A model generated the notes under the pieces. It was not told the DNA's origin and ran no database searches. It saw only the letters and a list, made by a program, of their open reading frames with translations. From positions 314,635-378,634 of the forward strand of contig PFRS01000005.1 of the NCBI GenBank assembly GCA_002788675.1: a stretch of 64,000 nt of DNA, given 5' to 3'. Positions 10,251-21,126 of this stretch are shown here, in pieces. Position 1 is the first letter of the stretch; every line of letters begins with the position of its first letter. This DNA is from Candidatus Pacebacteria bacterium CG_4_9_14_0_2_um_filter_40_15. GTDB lineage: Bacteria; Patescibacteriota; Microgenomatia; UBA1400; PJMF01. A program made the position numbers and the translations under genes.

Positions 10251-12497
10251 TTATACTAATCTTGTTCTTTTAAGTCTGAGTGCATTTGCCACCACACTTA
10301 CACTTGAAAATGCCATTGCTGCTCCAGCCAACATAGGATTAAGTACTACTCCAAAAATCGGATACAATGCCCCCATCGCAACTGGTATTAACACAATGTT
10401 ATATCCAAAGGCCCAAAATAAATTTTGTCGAATGTTACTCATCGTTGCTTTTGAAAGCTTAATAGACGTCGGGACTAAATTCACATCACTACGCAGCAAC
10501 GTGATGCCAGCAGACTCAATTGCCACATCGGTACCACCACCCATGGCGATGCCAACATCTGCAGTTGCCAAAGCAGGGGCATCATTTATGCCATCACCGA
10601 CCATAGCTACATATTCATATTCTGTTCTTAGGTTACGAATTGCTTCCTCTTTTTGATGGGGAAGTACTTCTGAAAGTACTTGTGATATCCCAGCTTGTTT
10701 TGCAATAGCTTGAGCTGTTTTTTCACTATCCCCCGTTATCATTACACTTGCTATACCCATCTCTGATAGTTCTAAAATCATAGCAGCTACATTTTCTTTA
10801 AGCGTATCTGCAATGCTAAATACTGCCGAGAGCTGCCCATCGATTGCCATGAAGACAACCGTATGTCCTTTTGCGGAATACTCAGCAAAGAAATCCTTTG
10901 CATCTTCGGAAACCGCAACCATATTTTCATGTAGATGTTTCATGTTTCCAATAAGAACTGAAGCCTTACCCACAAATGCTTCCACACCTTTCCCACTCAC
11001 ATCTTTAAATGCTGATATTTTCAATGCAGTTTTATTCTCCATTTTTTTAGCTGCATAATCTGCTAAGGCACTAGCCAAAGGATGGTGTGATTTTTCTTCA
11101 ACCCCGTGAAGGATACTCATAAGTTTTTTCTCTTCAGAATAGACTTTTTCAGCAACAACTATGGGTTTACCTTGGGTCAGTGTACCAGTCTTATCAAACA
11201 CTATGGCTTTAACTTTATTTGCAACCTCAAGAGCATTGGCATCTTTAATAAGAATGCCAAGTGAAGCACCTCTGCCCATCCCCACCATAAGTGATGTTGG
11301 CGTAGCCAAACCCAATGCACAAGGACAAGCAATAATGAGCACATTAATCATACTAACGAGTGCTCGAATAAATCTAGGCTCCGGCCCAACAACCAACCAA
11401 GTAACAAACGTTAGTACAGATAAGATGATAACAACAGGTACAAAATATGCAGCAATGACATCAACCAGTGCTTGAATTGGTGGACGTGATCCTTGTGCCT
11501 GCTTAACCAAGGTGATAATTGATGCCAACATGGTGTCACTCCCAACCTTTGTGGCCTGCATCTCTATACTGCCTGATTCATTTATGGTTGCACCAACAAC
11601 AGTGTCACCAATTTTCTTCGTAACTGGGAAGCTTTCACCCGTTATCATACTTTCATCTATAGAAGTTTCACCAGACATAACGACACCATCTACTGGCACT
11701 TTTTGGCCTGGTTTAACCAGAATAATATCACCCACAATAACCTCTGTAATTGCTGTTTCAATCCAAGTGCCACTTTGCTTCACGAGCGCAGTTTTGGGTT
11801 GTAATCCGAGTAACTTCTTAATTGCTGATGACGTTTGTGCCTTCGCCCTAATCTCTAAATATTTACCAAGTAAAATAAAGGAAATAATTGCGGCGGAAGC
11901 CTCAAAGTACACATGCGTTTCTATGCCACTGAGCACAAACCAATCGGAGAAAAGCGTCACAACAGTTGAGTAAGTAAATGCGACAAATGTTCCAAGAGTA
12001 ACAAGTGTATCCATGTTGGCTGTTTTGTTTTTTAGACCTGACCATGCACCCTTGAAGAAGCGTCTGCCTGCCCAGAATTGCACAATCGCAGACAAAAACA
12101 TGGCGAAGTATGGGTTATGTAGCTGAGAGGGTATAAATGGCATCATAAGACTCATGAGCACGATTGTGATACCAAGACTAACCAATAATTGTTGTTTTAA
12201 TTGCTTAAGTTCGATTGTGCGTTCTTTTTCGGCTAAATCACCTGCCGCATCATCATCCATATGTGCTGTATATCCTGCTTTTTTAACTGCCTCAGAAATT
12301 CTTTGTGTATTTATTTTTTCACCTGCAAATACTACCGTCGCTTGCTCATTTGCATAATTAACATTGGCGTCAGAAACTCCCGGTGTTTTTTTAAGTGAAC
12401 GTTGAATAAGGCTGGCACAACTTGCACAGTGCATTCCAGATACGTGAAATGACAGTGACTCTCCTTTTTGTGTGTTGTTTGGTTTACTTTTGGACAT
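10251..12497 (-). CDS. copA: Cu(I)-translocating P1B-type ATPase
   Basis: [36 protein letters not shown] and MAFSS. Confidence 0.95.
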   Translation of the reverse strand: MSKSKPNNTQKGESLSFHVSGMHCASCASLIQRSLKKTPGVSDANVNYANEQATVVFAGEKINTQRISEAVKKAGYTAHMDDDAAGDLAEKERTIELKQLKQQLLVSLGITIVLMSLMMPFIPSQLHNPYFAMFLSAIVQFWAGRRFFKGAWSGLKNKTANMDTLVTLGTFVAFTYSTVVTLFSDWFVLSGIETHVYFEASAAIISFILLGKYLEIRAKAQTSSAIKKLLGLQPKTALVKQSGTWIETAITEVIVGDIILVKPGQKVPVDGVVMSGETSIDESMITGESFPVTKKIGDTVVGATINESGSIEMQATKVGSDTMLASIITLVKQAQGSRPPIQALVDVIAAYFVPVVIILSVLTFVTWLVVGPEPRFIRALVSMINVLIIACPCALGLATPTSLMVGMGRGASLGILIKDANALEVANKVKAIVFDKTGTLTQGKPIVVAEKVYSEEKKLMSILHGVEEKSHHPLASALADYAAKKMENKTALKISAFKDVSGKGVEAFVGKASVLIGNMKHLHENMVAVSEDAKDFFAEYSAKGHTVVFMAIDGQLSAVFSIADTLKENVAAMILELSEMGIASVMITGDSEKTAQAIAKQAGISQVLSEVLPHQKEEAIRNLRTEYEYVAMVGDGINDAPALATADVGIAMGGGTDVAIESAGITLLRSDVNLVPTSIKLSKATMSNIRQNLFWAFGYNIVLIPVAMGALYPIFGVVLNPMLAGAAMAFSSVSVVANALRLKRTRLV

Positions 12498-12969
12498 ATT
12501 TTGAGGGGCCTTTCTTAAATGCAGTTAGACAACCACTGGCGCAAAAAAAGTAGTCATGGCCTTCATGTTCACACTGAAATGCAGCAGTCTTTGGTGATAC
12601 GCGCATTCCACAAACGGGATCCTGAACAATGGGGACAAGTTCTTTCATTTTATATTTCAACTCTTCAGCGAATGAGGTGTCATCCGAAGTATCAATTAAT
12701 AATTCTCTAAGCAAGTCACTGACTGCAATAATATTTGGGTGAGTCAAAGAGTAATACACCTGTTTTCCCTGTTTTTTGGTTTTAACCACACCCGCATCTC
12801 TAAGAACCATAAGGTGTTGACTAATATTTGCTTGAGGCAAATCTAACATCGTGTAAATGTCAGTAACAGGTAACTGCTGATCACGCAAAAGATGAATTAT
12901 TTCTAATCTGCGTGAATTTGAAAGCGCCTTAAGTAAGTCAGCTTGTTTTGTAAAAAGAATTTCATACAT
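12484..12969 (-). CDS. ArsR/SmtB repressor fused to a YHS domain
   Basis: ArsR wHTH ([13 protein letters not shown]) plus DPVCGM...YFFCASGC. Confidence 0.9.
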   Translation of the reverse strand: MYEILFTKQADLLKALSNSRRLEIIHLLRDQQLPVTDIYTMLDLPQANISQHLMVLRDAGVVKTKKQGKQVYYSLTHPNIIAVSDLLRELLIDTSDDTSFAEELKYKMKELVPIVQDPVCGMRVSPKTAAFQCEHEGHDYFFCASGCLTAFKKGPSKYVQK

Positions 12970-12989
12970 ATTCTAATAATAGAATATGT
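12966..12989. promoter_or_regulatory. Putative ArsR operator of the cop operon
   Basis: ACATATTCTA-ataa-TAGAATATGT, a perfect 10-4-10 inverted repeat overlapping the start codon. Confidence 0.7.
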
Positions 12990-13164
12990 TATGTGAATAT
13001 ACAACTGGCTAGTTTGATAATTATTTGATGACTAAAGAATTGGTTCATCACTTGGTACAGCTTTTGCTTGCTATCTTTTCTGTTCAACACAAAAGAGTAT
13101 TCAATAATTAAACTTTTATTGATACACTAGGATAAACAAACCACATAAGTGGAAAAGGAGTTGT

Positions 13165-13599
13165 ATGGCAAAAAAAATTCATGCCGATACCGGCATCATG
13201 GTACCAGTAACATTTATGAGTCTCTTTGTAGTAAGTAGTGCTGTTATCTTTGTTGCGAACAGTTTATTTCCGAGCCAAGTAGTATTAGGTACCCACTCAA
13301 TTACAGCTGGCTGGTCAATTTTGCTGAGTATAAGTGCTCTCTCTTTATTTAATACTCTTGCCGTACCCTTTATTAGAGAATATGAAAATAAAAAAGAAAA
13401 AATGTTTAGTGATAGAGATTGGATGCTTGCATACTTAGCCCTAAATTTTGCTGGGCTTTGGATACTCTCACGATTTGCAGAGCAGCTTGGCCTAGGATTG
13501 AGTTCATGGATCGTTGCTGCTGTCCTCGCAGCTATTCTTGATGTAACTCAAGGATTGGCAATTATGACCATACACAAGTATCGCGCGCGCATAAAGTAA
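13165..13599 (+). CDS. Hypothetical 4-TM membrane protein
   Basis: Four hydrophobic helices; AAGGAG SD upstream. Confidence 0.75.
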   Translation: MAKKIHADTGIMVPVTFMSLFVVSSAVIFVANSLFPSQVVLGTHSITAGWSILLSISALSLFNTLAVPFIREYENKKEKMFSDRDWMLAYLALNFAGLWILSRFAEQLGLGLSSWIVAAVLAAILDVTQGLAIMTIHKYRARIK

Positions 13600-13658
13600 G
13601 CAGGTTATGCCTGAATCTATGGTATCATTACACTATTGATATACCTATCGAAAGAACT

Positions 13659-13820
13659 ATGTCTAAACCAAAGAAAAAAAGAGATAAAAAATATTCTGCA
13701 AAAAGTGCTGCATCAACTCCCGGTAGTAATTTTCTAAAGACCCTTGGCCAGTTTAGCCAGCAACGAGCCCAAAAGAATACCCGAGCGGTTTCTATTCATA
13801 TTCCTAGAAAACCGAAATAA
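13659..13820 (+). CDS. Small basic protein, 53 aa (not in the ORF track)
   Basis: MSKPKKKRDKKYSAKSAASTPGSNFLKTLGQFSQQRAQKNTRAVSIHIPRKPK; followed by hairpin tcagcctaacttaggctga. Confidence 0.55.
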   Translation: MSKPKKKRDKKYSAKSAASTPGSNFLKTLGQFSQQRAQKNTRAVSIHIPRKPK

Positions 13821-13932
13821 TTTTTCAGCCTAACTTAGGCTGATTTGTCGGTGAGCAGCTGAACATCACACTTGTGGTTAGTATAAAACATACAATACCT
13901 ACATACTGTTTAAAAAATGGTATGATTCGATT

Positions 13933-15090
13933 ATGATACCGACAACTTCTTCTCGATTACCCAAATTTCTTATTGTTCAAGTAATTCCCAAAACCACTAA
14001 ACAAGAAGAAATCACTACCGAATTAGCTGAAACTAAACAGTTAATAGATACCTTTGGTGGTACAGTTGTTTCAGAAATAATACAACGACTTGATCATCCT
14101 AGTCCAAATTTTTATATTGGAGCAGGAAAAGTTGAAGAACTCAAACTGCTTTGCGATTCAAACGGCATAGATGTTGTTGTTGTAAATGGTTTAGTAAAAA
14201 GCAGTCAACTTTTCAGAATTGAAAAAGAGCTCTGGACTGTTTCGCCTAAAATTATGGTGTGGGACCGCATTGATCTTATTCTTAATATTTTTGATCAGCA
14301 TGCAACTACACTCGAATCAAAACTTCAAATTAAATTAGCTCGCGCTACCCACATGGGGCCACGTATTTATGGATTAGGTAAGACTGAACTCTCACGGCAA
14401 GGAGGCGGTGTTGGAACCCGCGGCAAAGGTGAAACAAATATTGAGTTCGAACGTAGACAAATAAAAGTAGATCAACAAAAGATTAAAAAGGAGCTGAAGA
14501 AACTCATTAAACAAAAACAAAATAGACTTACTAAACGTACCGAGATGGGCATCGGACCAGTTGCACTTGTTGGCTACACAAGTGCTGGAAAAACTACTTT
14601 GTTTAATACTCTTACAGGTAAACAAAAAGAAATGAACAAAGGACTCTTCACAACACTGGATACTGTTGTTGGAAAATTAAAATCTCCCAACTTTGAACAA
14701 CCCATTTTAGTTTCAGATACTATTGGTTTTATTAGTAACCTGCCGCCCGTCTTAATCGATTCATTTAAATCCACACTACTTGAGTCTCTTGAAGCAAAAC
14801 TGTTATTACATGTTGTAGATGCTCATGATCCACAAGTTTTAGAAAAGATTAGTGTAGTAGATGAAATATTACTAAGTTTGAAAGCAAATCAGCCAGTCAT
14901 CCTAGTCCTTAATAAATGTGACATTATTGATGAAGCTGCACTCCAAAGTATCCAAGAAAAAATTGAAAAATATATTTCATCTAGAGAAAGTGACGTACGC
15001 ACTGTGCAACTAATTTCAGCGCATACTGGAGCACACATTGAAGAATTAGTTTCACATATTGAAACTTTTTTTGAATCAAAAATGAGATGA
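13933..15090 (+). CDS. hflX: Ribosome-splitting GTPase HflX
   Basis: GAGK, DRIDLILNIF, GxGE, GYTSAGKT, FTTLD, DTIGF and NKCD. Confidence 0.93.
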   Translation: MIPTTSSRLPKFLIVQVIPKTTKQEEITTELAETKQLIDTFGGTVVSEIIQRLDHPSPNFYIGAGKVEELKLLCDSNGIDVVVVNGLVKSSQLFRIEKELWTVSPKIMVWDRIDLILNIFDQHATTLESKLQIKLARATHMGPRIYGLGKTELSRQGGGVGTRGKGETNIEFERRQIKVDQQKIKKELKKLIKQKQNRLTKRTEMGIGPVALVGYTSAGKTTLFNTLTGKQKEMNKGLFTTLDTVVGKLKSPNFEQPILVSDTIGFISNLPPVLIDSFKSTLLESLEAKLLLHVVDAHDPQVLEKISVVDEILLSLKANQPVILVLNKCDIIDEAALQSIQEKIEKYISSRESDVRTVQLISAHTGAHIEELVSHIETFFESKMR

Positions 15091-15139
15091 GTTCAATATA
15101 TGAACTACTCCTCGATAAGAATGATATACTATCCTGGCT

Positions 15140-16036
15140 ATGACACAAACATTAATTGCCAAAAATGCTAACTGGGAAGACTACGAACTACTTGATTCTG
15201 GTGAAGGCGAAAAGCTTGAACTATTTGGAGATGTGCTCTTAATCCGACCATATCCAGAAATAGAGTGGCCCAAATCACAACCGCCTGAACTATGGAAACG
15301 AGCAGATGCAGTCTTTATTAGAACCCAGGGCGATAAGGGGCACTGGCTAACAAATAAAAAACTGCCAGAATCCTGGCAAATGCATTGGCAAGATGCTATA
15401 GCTACTATTTACCTTTCACCCTTTAAACACACTGGCGTATTTCCAGAACAAAGCGCACATTGGGATTGGATGAAACAGATTTTGCTTGCAGATAAAAAAC
15501 AACGACCTGAGTATCAGCCACACGTACTTAATTTATTTGCCTACACTGGTATGGCAAGTGTCGTATGTGCTATGACTGGAGCAAAAGTGACTCATGTCGA
15601 CTCATCACGGGCAGCAATTGGTTGGGCAAAAGAAAATCAGGCCGCATCAGGACTCGATCAAAGATCGATTCGTTGGATTCTAGATGATGTTATGAAATTT
15701 GTGACTCGAGAAATAAAACGTGGTGTTAAATATGATGGCATCATACTGGATCCACCAGCATATGGCCATGGAGCAACTGGTGAAGTTTGGAATTTTAAAT
15801 CATCTTTTCCACGGTTACTTGCTCTGTGCAAAGAAATTCTTGTTGAAGATCCATTGTTTATGTTAATAAATGCTTATGCTGTAGCAATTTCTCCAGAAGA
15901 TCTAGAAAAAAAACTAGCTGAAGTAATGCTAAAAAAGGGACCAGGAACACTTGAGTCTGGCGAGTTAGTGCTACAGGAATCAAAGTCAGATCGGTTACTT
16001 TCCACTGGGATATTTGCTCGATATACCAAATCATAA
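15140..16036 (+). CDS. SAM-dependent methyltransferase (RlmI/RlmK-like)
   Basis: DYELLDSG, HTGVFPEQ, VLNLFAYTG and ILDPP. Confidence 0.85.
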   Translation: MTQTLIAKNANWEDYELLDSGEGEKLELFGDVLLIRPYPEIEWPKSQPPELWKRADAVFIRTQGDKGHWLTNKKLPESWQMHWQDAIATIYLSPFKHTGVFPEQSAHWDWMKQILLADKKQRPEYQPHVLNLFAYTGMASVVCAMTGAKVTHVDSSRAAIGWAKENQAASGLDQRSIRWILDDVMKFVTREIKRGVKYDGIILDPPAYGHGATGEVWNFKSSFPRLLALCKEILVEDPLFMLINAYAVAISPEDLEKKLAEVMLKKGPGTLESGELVLQESKSDRLLSTGIFARYTKS

Positions 16037-16051
16037 CAATGTTTAAAAGGT

Positions 16052-16726
16052 ATGCGTAAAAATATTACACTCCTCATTCCGTTTTACAATGAAGCAAACA
16101 GAATTTTGACGGTGCTTACTGTACTTTCAAAAGTGAAACATATTGAAAAGATTGTGTGTATAAATGATGGCTCAACAGATGGGACCAGTGATCAAATACG
16201 AATACAATTTCCACAGGTGGCTCTCTATGGATATCCAGAAAATAAAGGAAAGTCTGCAGCAATTAAGTTTGGTTTATCTCATATCAATACAGAATTTATT
16301 TTATTATTTGATGCCGATTTACGTAACTTTTCTGTTCAAAATGTACAACAAGCAATTGATAGCATCCAAAATTCAAAAAATAAAATTGATGCTCTGTTTT
16401 TTAGACAAACCAATGACCCTGTACTGTCAAGACTACTCAGACAAGATATCCTTATTACCGGTGAGCGAATTGTGCGAACTAAAGATTTAAAAACTGTTTT
16501 AAAAAATAAAATTAATAACTATGAACTAGAACTGGCAATTAATGCATTTCTTTATAAAAATAATAAAAGAGTGTATTGGATTCCTTTTGCTTCAACTAAT
16601 CACTTTAAATTTGAAAAGTGGGCCATACAAACTGCAATAAAAAAAACATTTCAGTTTCAACACAAACTTATTTCAGCGAGCTATTTAAAACAACTCTTTT
16701 TCTTTAAACCCACAAAACTCTCTTAG
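16052..16726 (+). CDS. Glycosyltransferase family 2
   Basis: IPFYNE, NDGSTD, NKGK and DAD. Confidence 0.85.
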   Translation: MRKNITLLIPFYNEANRILTVLTVLSKVKHIEKIVCINDGSTDGTSDQIRIQFPQVALYGYPENKGKSAAIKFGLSHINTEFILLFDADLRNFSVQNVQQAIDSIQNSKNKIDALFFRQTNDPVLSRLLRQDILITGERIVRTKDLKTVLKNKINNYELELAINAFLYKNNKRVYWIPFASTNHFKFEKWAIQTAIKKTFQFQHKLISASYLKQLFFFKPTKLS

Positions 16727-16765
16727 GTGTCATTAATACTCATTTTTAAGGTATAATAACTCTTC

Positions 16766-18391
16766 ATGTTAATTGGTACAAAGAACTTATCAAAATCTAT
16801 TGGTGCAAGGAATCTTTTTAAAGATTTAACCTTTACCGTTACCGACGGTAAAAAAATTGCTCTCGTCGGAAGAAATGGGTATGGCAAAACCACACTCCTA
16901 AAAATTCTTAGTGGTGAAGACCAACAATTTGATGGTCAAATTGATAGTCGAAAAGGCTTGCGTATTACTCTCACAAAACAGGAACACATTCATGAAACTG
17001 AACAGTCTCCATTAGCATACATTTTAAATAGTGTTCCAAATTTCTATGAATATAAAAAAATCATTGAAGATTATGAAGAAGGCAGAAGCACGAATCTTAA
17101 TCACTACTTACAAATTCTGGAATACTATACAGAACACCGTTACTTTAATATCGAAGCAGCTATCGAAAGCACCCTTCGAGATTTTAATCTTTCGGAAGAA
17201 GCAATTTTACAGCCTCTTGGGAATCTTTCTGGTGGTGAAAAAAGATATGTCGAGATGACTCGAATGATGTTCTCGCAATCAGATTTACTGTTGGTAGATG
17301 AGCCTACCAATCACATGGACTATCTTGGCAAGCAACGTTTTATAACTTGGATGAAAGCACTTCCCCAAACAGTAGTTGTTGTAACACACGATCGCGATGT
17401 ACTTAGAAATGTAACTAGAATTATTGAACTCAAAGAACAAAAAATTGATATCTTTAAAGGAAATTATGATCACTATATTTCCCAGAACGCTAATCAAACT
17501 TTGACTTCAGTTAAGCTGTACTCAGACCAATTGAACCGACTTCAGGAAGCAAAGAAAAAAGTCGACTGGGGTCTAAAAATGCGCGCCAAAAGCAAAGCCT
17601 GGAAAATTCGCTACGACCACTGGCTCCGTGACTACGAAAAAATAAAAGCTGAAACAGTCAAACCATCTTTTTGGATTGATCAAGATTCTGTGGATGCCAT
17701 GGATAAAAAGGTGGTTGATTCATACGAAAAATTTAAACAAAAAAATATTAAAATATCTGCTAATACTGAAGTTAAACGCGGCTCAGAATTAATCCGTGTT
17801 AAAGACTTAACGCTTGGGTACGGTGATGAACCAGTTTTTAGTAACCTGAATTTTTCAGTGGGTGCTACTGACAGAGTTTTTGTTAAGGGCAAAAATGGTG
17901 CGGGTAAAAGTACGTTAGTACGAACAATCATGGCCCTCTCTAAAGATCAAAAGCCAAAATCTACACTACTAAATGGCGAAATCGTTATCGACCCCGACCT
18001 TCAAATTGGCGAATACGAACAAGAGATTAGTCAGCGCTACCTAAATCTTGCACTTGAAGATGCCGTAATTCTTAGTTACCAAGAAAAAAATGTTCCCATC
18101 GACCTTCAGACTGTCAAAAAATTATTAGCTCAATATTTATTTGATCCAAAACAAGATGGCAGACAAAAAATAATGAGTTTATCAGGTGGTCAAAAAGCAC
18201 GTTTCCAACTTATAAAAATGTTTGTTGGTGATCCTAATTTACTAATCTTGGATGAACCTACCAATCACCTAGACTTACCGTCAATCGAAGAACTAGAAAA
18301 TGCGCTTGAAAAGTTTGCTGGCGGTATCCTGTACATCACGCACGATACCTACTTTATAAAACGTATGGGTGGAAAAGTGATTGAGATTTAA
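16766..18391 (+). CDS. ABC-F family ATPase
   Basis: Two ABC domains (GRNGYGKT/LSGGE/DEPTNH and GKNGAGKS/LSGGQ/DEPTNH); no TM segments. Confidence 0.92.
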   Translation: MLIGTKNLSKSIGARNLFKDLTFTVTDGKKIALVGRNGYGKTTLLKILSGEDQQFDGQIDSRKGLRITLTKQEHIHETEQSPLAYILNSVPNFYEYKKIIEDYEEGRSTNLNHYLQILEYYTEHRYFNIEAAIESTLRDFNLSEEAILQPLGNLSGGEKRYVEMTRMMFSQSDLLLVDEPTNHMDYLGKQRFITWMKALPQTVVVVTHDRDVLRNVTRIIELKEQKIDIFKGNYDHYISQNANQTLTSVKLYSDQLNRLQEAKKKVDWGLKMRAKSKAWKIRYDHWLRDYEKIKAETVKPSFWIDQDSVDAMDKKVVDSYEKFKQKNIKISANTEVKRGSELIRVKDLTLGYGDEPVFSNLNFSVGATDRVFVKGKNGAGKSTLVRTIMALSKDQKPKSTLLNGEIVIDPDLQIGEYEQEISQRYLNLALEDAVILSYQEKNVPIDLQTVKKLLAQYLFDPKQDGRQKIMSLSGGQKARFQLIKMFVGDPNLLILDEPTNHLDLPSIEELENALEKFAGGILYITHDTYFIKRMGGKVIEI

Positions 18392-18398
18392 TTTTACA

Positions 18399-18953
18399 TT
18401 AGACTCGTACTGAGCCCCTAAATCCACGAGCTGCATAATACGATATCGCACCATTGTGATAGATAAAAACAGTGTCATATCTTCGGTCAGCAAAAAGTGC
18501 TCCACCTAGCTTTCTAATTTCTGGAGGTGTCACAATCCAACTTGAAGTTTTAAGATCAAATTTTCCTAACTCTTGTAGCTGTTTATATTCTGCCTCTGTT
18601 AACAACTTGATACCCATTTCAGCTGCCATATCTTGAGCGCTACTTTTAGGTTTATGTTCTTTTCGCTCATCCAGAGCCTTGCTATCGTAACAAAGACTAC
18701 GACGGCCTTTTGGACTTTCCTCACTGCAATCAAAAAAGATGAACTCACCGGACTTGGTGTCAAAACCTACTACATCTGGTTCACCACCGGTGCGTTCCAT
18801 TTCACTCAGTGTCCAGAGCTTCTTTTCATTTGCTTCTAACTTTGCTTGGACATCTGCCCACTTGATAGTTGCATGGCGAGGCATATGTTTTTTAAAACGA
18901 ACTTCTAGCGTTCTTAGTAATTCAGTTTTTTGTTCAGAAGATACATTTTTCAT
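18399..18953 (-). CDS. DUF4256 family protein
   Basis: MERTGGEPDVV, SPKGRRSLCYD and YYAARGFRG; likely start is 18953. Confidence 0.85.
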   Translation of the reverse strand: MKNVSSEQKTELLRTLEVRFKKHMPRHATIKWADVQAKLEANEKKLWTLSEMERTGGEPDVVGFDTKSGEFIFFDCSEESPKGRRSLCYDSKALDERKEHKPKSSAQDMAAEMGIKLLTEAEYKQLQELGKFDLKTSSWIVTPPEIRKLGGALFADRRYDTVFIYHNGAISYYAARGFRGSVRV

Positions 18954-18963
18954 GTTTAGTTTC

Positions 18964-19395
18964 CTAATTGTTACTACTATTCTGAGAGTTTTCATCTACT
19001 GCAACCTCTGGAGAAAAAGGGTTGAATGCGACCTCCCACACGTATCCATCGATATCTTTAAAATAGCCTGAATAGCCACCCCATGCACGAGCTACAGGTT
19101 CTGCAGTAATTTCTGCACCAACAGCTCTAGCCTCCTCAATAACAGAGTCAACTTGTTCTGTTGAGATGACATTATGTGCAAGCGTCATTCCAGAAAACTG
19201 TCCTCTTTGTGGAGACACGCCAGCCTCAGCTGCCAGTGACTCAAAACTAAAGAGCGAGAGCATCATAGTCTGTGAAGTTGAAATAAAGGTAATCCCGTCA
19301 CTACGTTTTACAAGAAAACCTAACTTTTCATAAAAGAGTGTAGCTTTTTCTACATCTTTGACGCCTAGTGTTATGAGTGAAATATGTGAGTTCAT
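18964..19395 (-). CDS. VOC/glyoxalase family protein
   Basis: ITLGVKD...FYEKLG and WGGYSGYFKDIDGYVWEVA. Confidence 0.9.
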   Translation of the reverse strand: MNSHISLITLGVKDVEKATLFYEKLGFLVKRSDGITFISTSQTMMLSLFSFESLAAEAGVSPQRGQFSGMTLAHNVISTEQVDSVIEEARAVGAEITAEPVARAWGGYSGYFKDIDGYVWEVAFNPFSPEVAVDENSQNSSNN

Positions 19396-19430
19396 AGAGT
19401 AAGTATATCAGACCTGATAGATGTATCGTT

Positions 19431-19928
19431 TCAGCTGGTAATAGAATCCTCAGGCCCAACTTTTTCAATGTATTGCACTTCTGATAGTTCGCTCATTAGG
19501 CTTTCATTTTCAGCCTGCATTTTGTCAAAATTACTATATTGATCATCGGTTATTCTCTTAACAACAAGTTCCAGATCTAGATGGTACTTTGGCTTGTTCA
19601 TCGCCATTGCTCGCTGCAATAGCAGTTTTTCTAATGAAATAACTCGATAATTGCTTTCTTCAATTGCATTCTGGGACAAAAATGCATAATCAAAATAATC
19701 AATTGTTTTCCATATCTCAAACCCATGCACAGCTACGCCCAAGTCTCCCCAAAGATCTTTTAGATTTTTAGGATACAGCCGCACTAAGCTTTCAAAGTCA
19801 GATTTTGTAACAATAAAGTCACTATCATCACCTGCTTTTCTTAAATCATAGTACTCCATAGCTTTTCCACCAATGAGCAATGGTTTTTGTGAGAATGTCA
19901 TTTTTAATTGGGAGAAATCAATGTTCAT
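19431..19928 (-). CDS. Hypothetical protein, nucleotidyltransferase-like
   Basis: LLIGGKAM...DDSDF resembles the pol-beta-type GG/DxD motif. Confidence 0.55.
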   Translation of the reverse strand: MNIDFSQLKMTFSQKPLLIGGKAMEYYDLRKAGDDSDFIVTKSDFESLVRLYPKNLKDLWGDLGVAVHGFEIWKTIDYFDYAFLSQNAIEESNYRVISLEKLLLQRAMAMNKPKYHLDLELVVKRITDDQYSNFDKMQAENESLMSELSEVQYIEKVGPEDSITS

Positions 19929-20027
19929 AGAAGAATTGCAAATTAATCTAACGGTTTATTACTTAACTCTATCAGACCTATTCCAACACTTCGAGAGGTA
20001 AAATGAGCAATGATATACAGGTGATTC

Positions 20028-20486
20028 TTATTTTCGCTGCTTTAAAGCTCGATCAATCAAAACCAGTTGATTAGTTCTTAAATGGGGTAAGTTTTCTTGA
20101 GAGAAAAATCCATACTCCGTTACCTCATGCGTTGGCTTAAACTCGCCACCAATATACTTCCCCACACAGCAAAAGTCGAGCCGAGCAGAGCTTCGATCTG
20201 TTCTGGTTTTAACTAAAGAGTCTGCACTTACAACTAAGCCAGACTCTTCAAAAATTTCGCGTTCAATCCCTTCAAGTGGATGCTCACCTGATTTTATGTA
20301 GCCACCGGGCAAACTCCATGAATGCGCTCGATAGACATGTTTAAAAACCAAGACTTCATTCTTGTCATTGAAGATAACTCCTGTGACTCCAACCAAAAAG
20401 ACATCTTGAAATAATCGCATAATAAAAAGCTGCACACTTTTGGGAAAGCGCAGATACTTCCAAAGTTTTGCTAATGTGAGTTTCAT
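20028..20486 (-). CDS. NUDIX hydrolase
   Basis: LPGGYIKSGEHPLEGIEREIFEESGL Nudix box. Confidence 0.9.
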   Translation of the reverse strand: MKLTLAKLWKYLRFPKSVQLFIMRLFQDVFLVGVTGVIFNDKNEVLVFKHVYRAHSWSLPGGYIKSGEHPLEGIEREIFEESGLVVSADSLVKTRTDRSSARLDFCCVGKYIGGEFKPTHEVTEYGFFSQENLPHLRTNQLVLIDRALKQRK

Positions 20487-20833
20487 AGTGAATTTTTGTC
20501 TGAACTGTCTGGGTCGTTCTCATTTTTTAGACCGACATTTTCTAATTCAAGCTGGTGCACTTTTCTTGTTAGCTCAACCACTTCTTTTTTTTCTTCTGTA
20601 ATCTGTTTGTGTTGTCCCCTAATTTTAAGATTCGTAGAAATTGAATTTATAAAACTAATACAATATGATAAAACAGCACCAAGAAGAATGGAACCGATTA
20701 TCACGTAGTTTATAGGAAGATCGGGAAATACGTAATTCAAAAAAGTCAGCGTAATCACTTCAGTGTTTTGCATCGACAAAAAAGTAATACCTGCCCCTAA
20801 AATTAAAAGAAAAATAAATATTAGCATAGGCAC
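20483..20833 (-). CDS. LapA/DUF1049-like membrane protein
   Basis: TM-QNT-TM followed by a coiled coil. Confidence 0.7.
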   Translation of the reverse strand: MPMLIFIFLLILGAGITFLSMQNTEVITLTFLNYVFPDLPINYVIIGSILLGAVLSYCISFINSISTNLKIRGQHKQITEEKKEVVELTRKVHQLELENVGLKNENDPDSSDKNSL

Positions 20834-20840
20834 CTAGTTG

Positions 20841-21086
20841 TTATTTCTTACGAAGAATTCTGCCAATAAAGATAACAACAGCAGCTCCAAGTGTCGCTAC
20901 AAGTACACTGTAAAAATTAAAGCCTGTTACACCCGGTTGACCAAAGAAATTCATAACAAATCCGCCTACAAATGCACCAATAACGCCCAGAACTATGTCT
21001 TCAAGGGTGCTATTATTACTCTTCATAAACAAGCTTGCTAACCAGCCAGCAAGTGCTCCAAATATAATCCATAGTAGTATGTTCAT
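20841..21086 (-). CDS. GlsB/YeaQ/YmgE stress-response membrane protein
   Basis: WIIFGALAGWLAS...LGVIGAFVGG. Confidence 0.85.
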   Translation of the reverse strand: MNILLWIIFGALAGWLASLFMKSNNSTLEDIVLGVIGAFVGGFVMNFFGQPGVTGFNFYSVLVATLGAAVVIFIGRILRKK

Positions 21087-21126
21087 ACAATTCTCTTTCT
21101 GTAACATTTGTTACAAAGGTATACGC

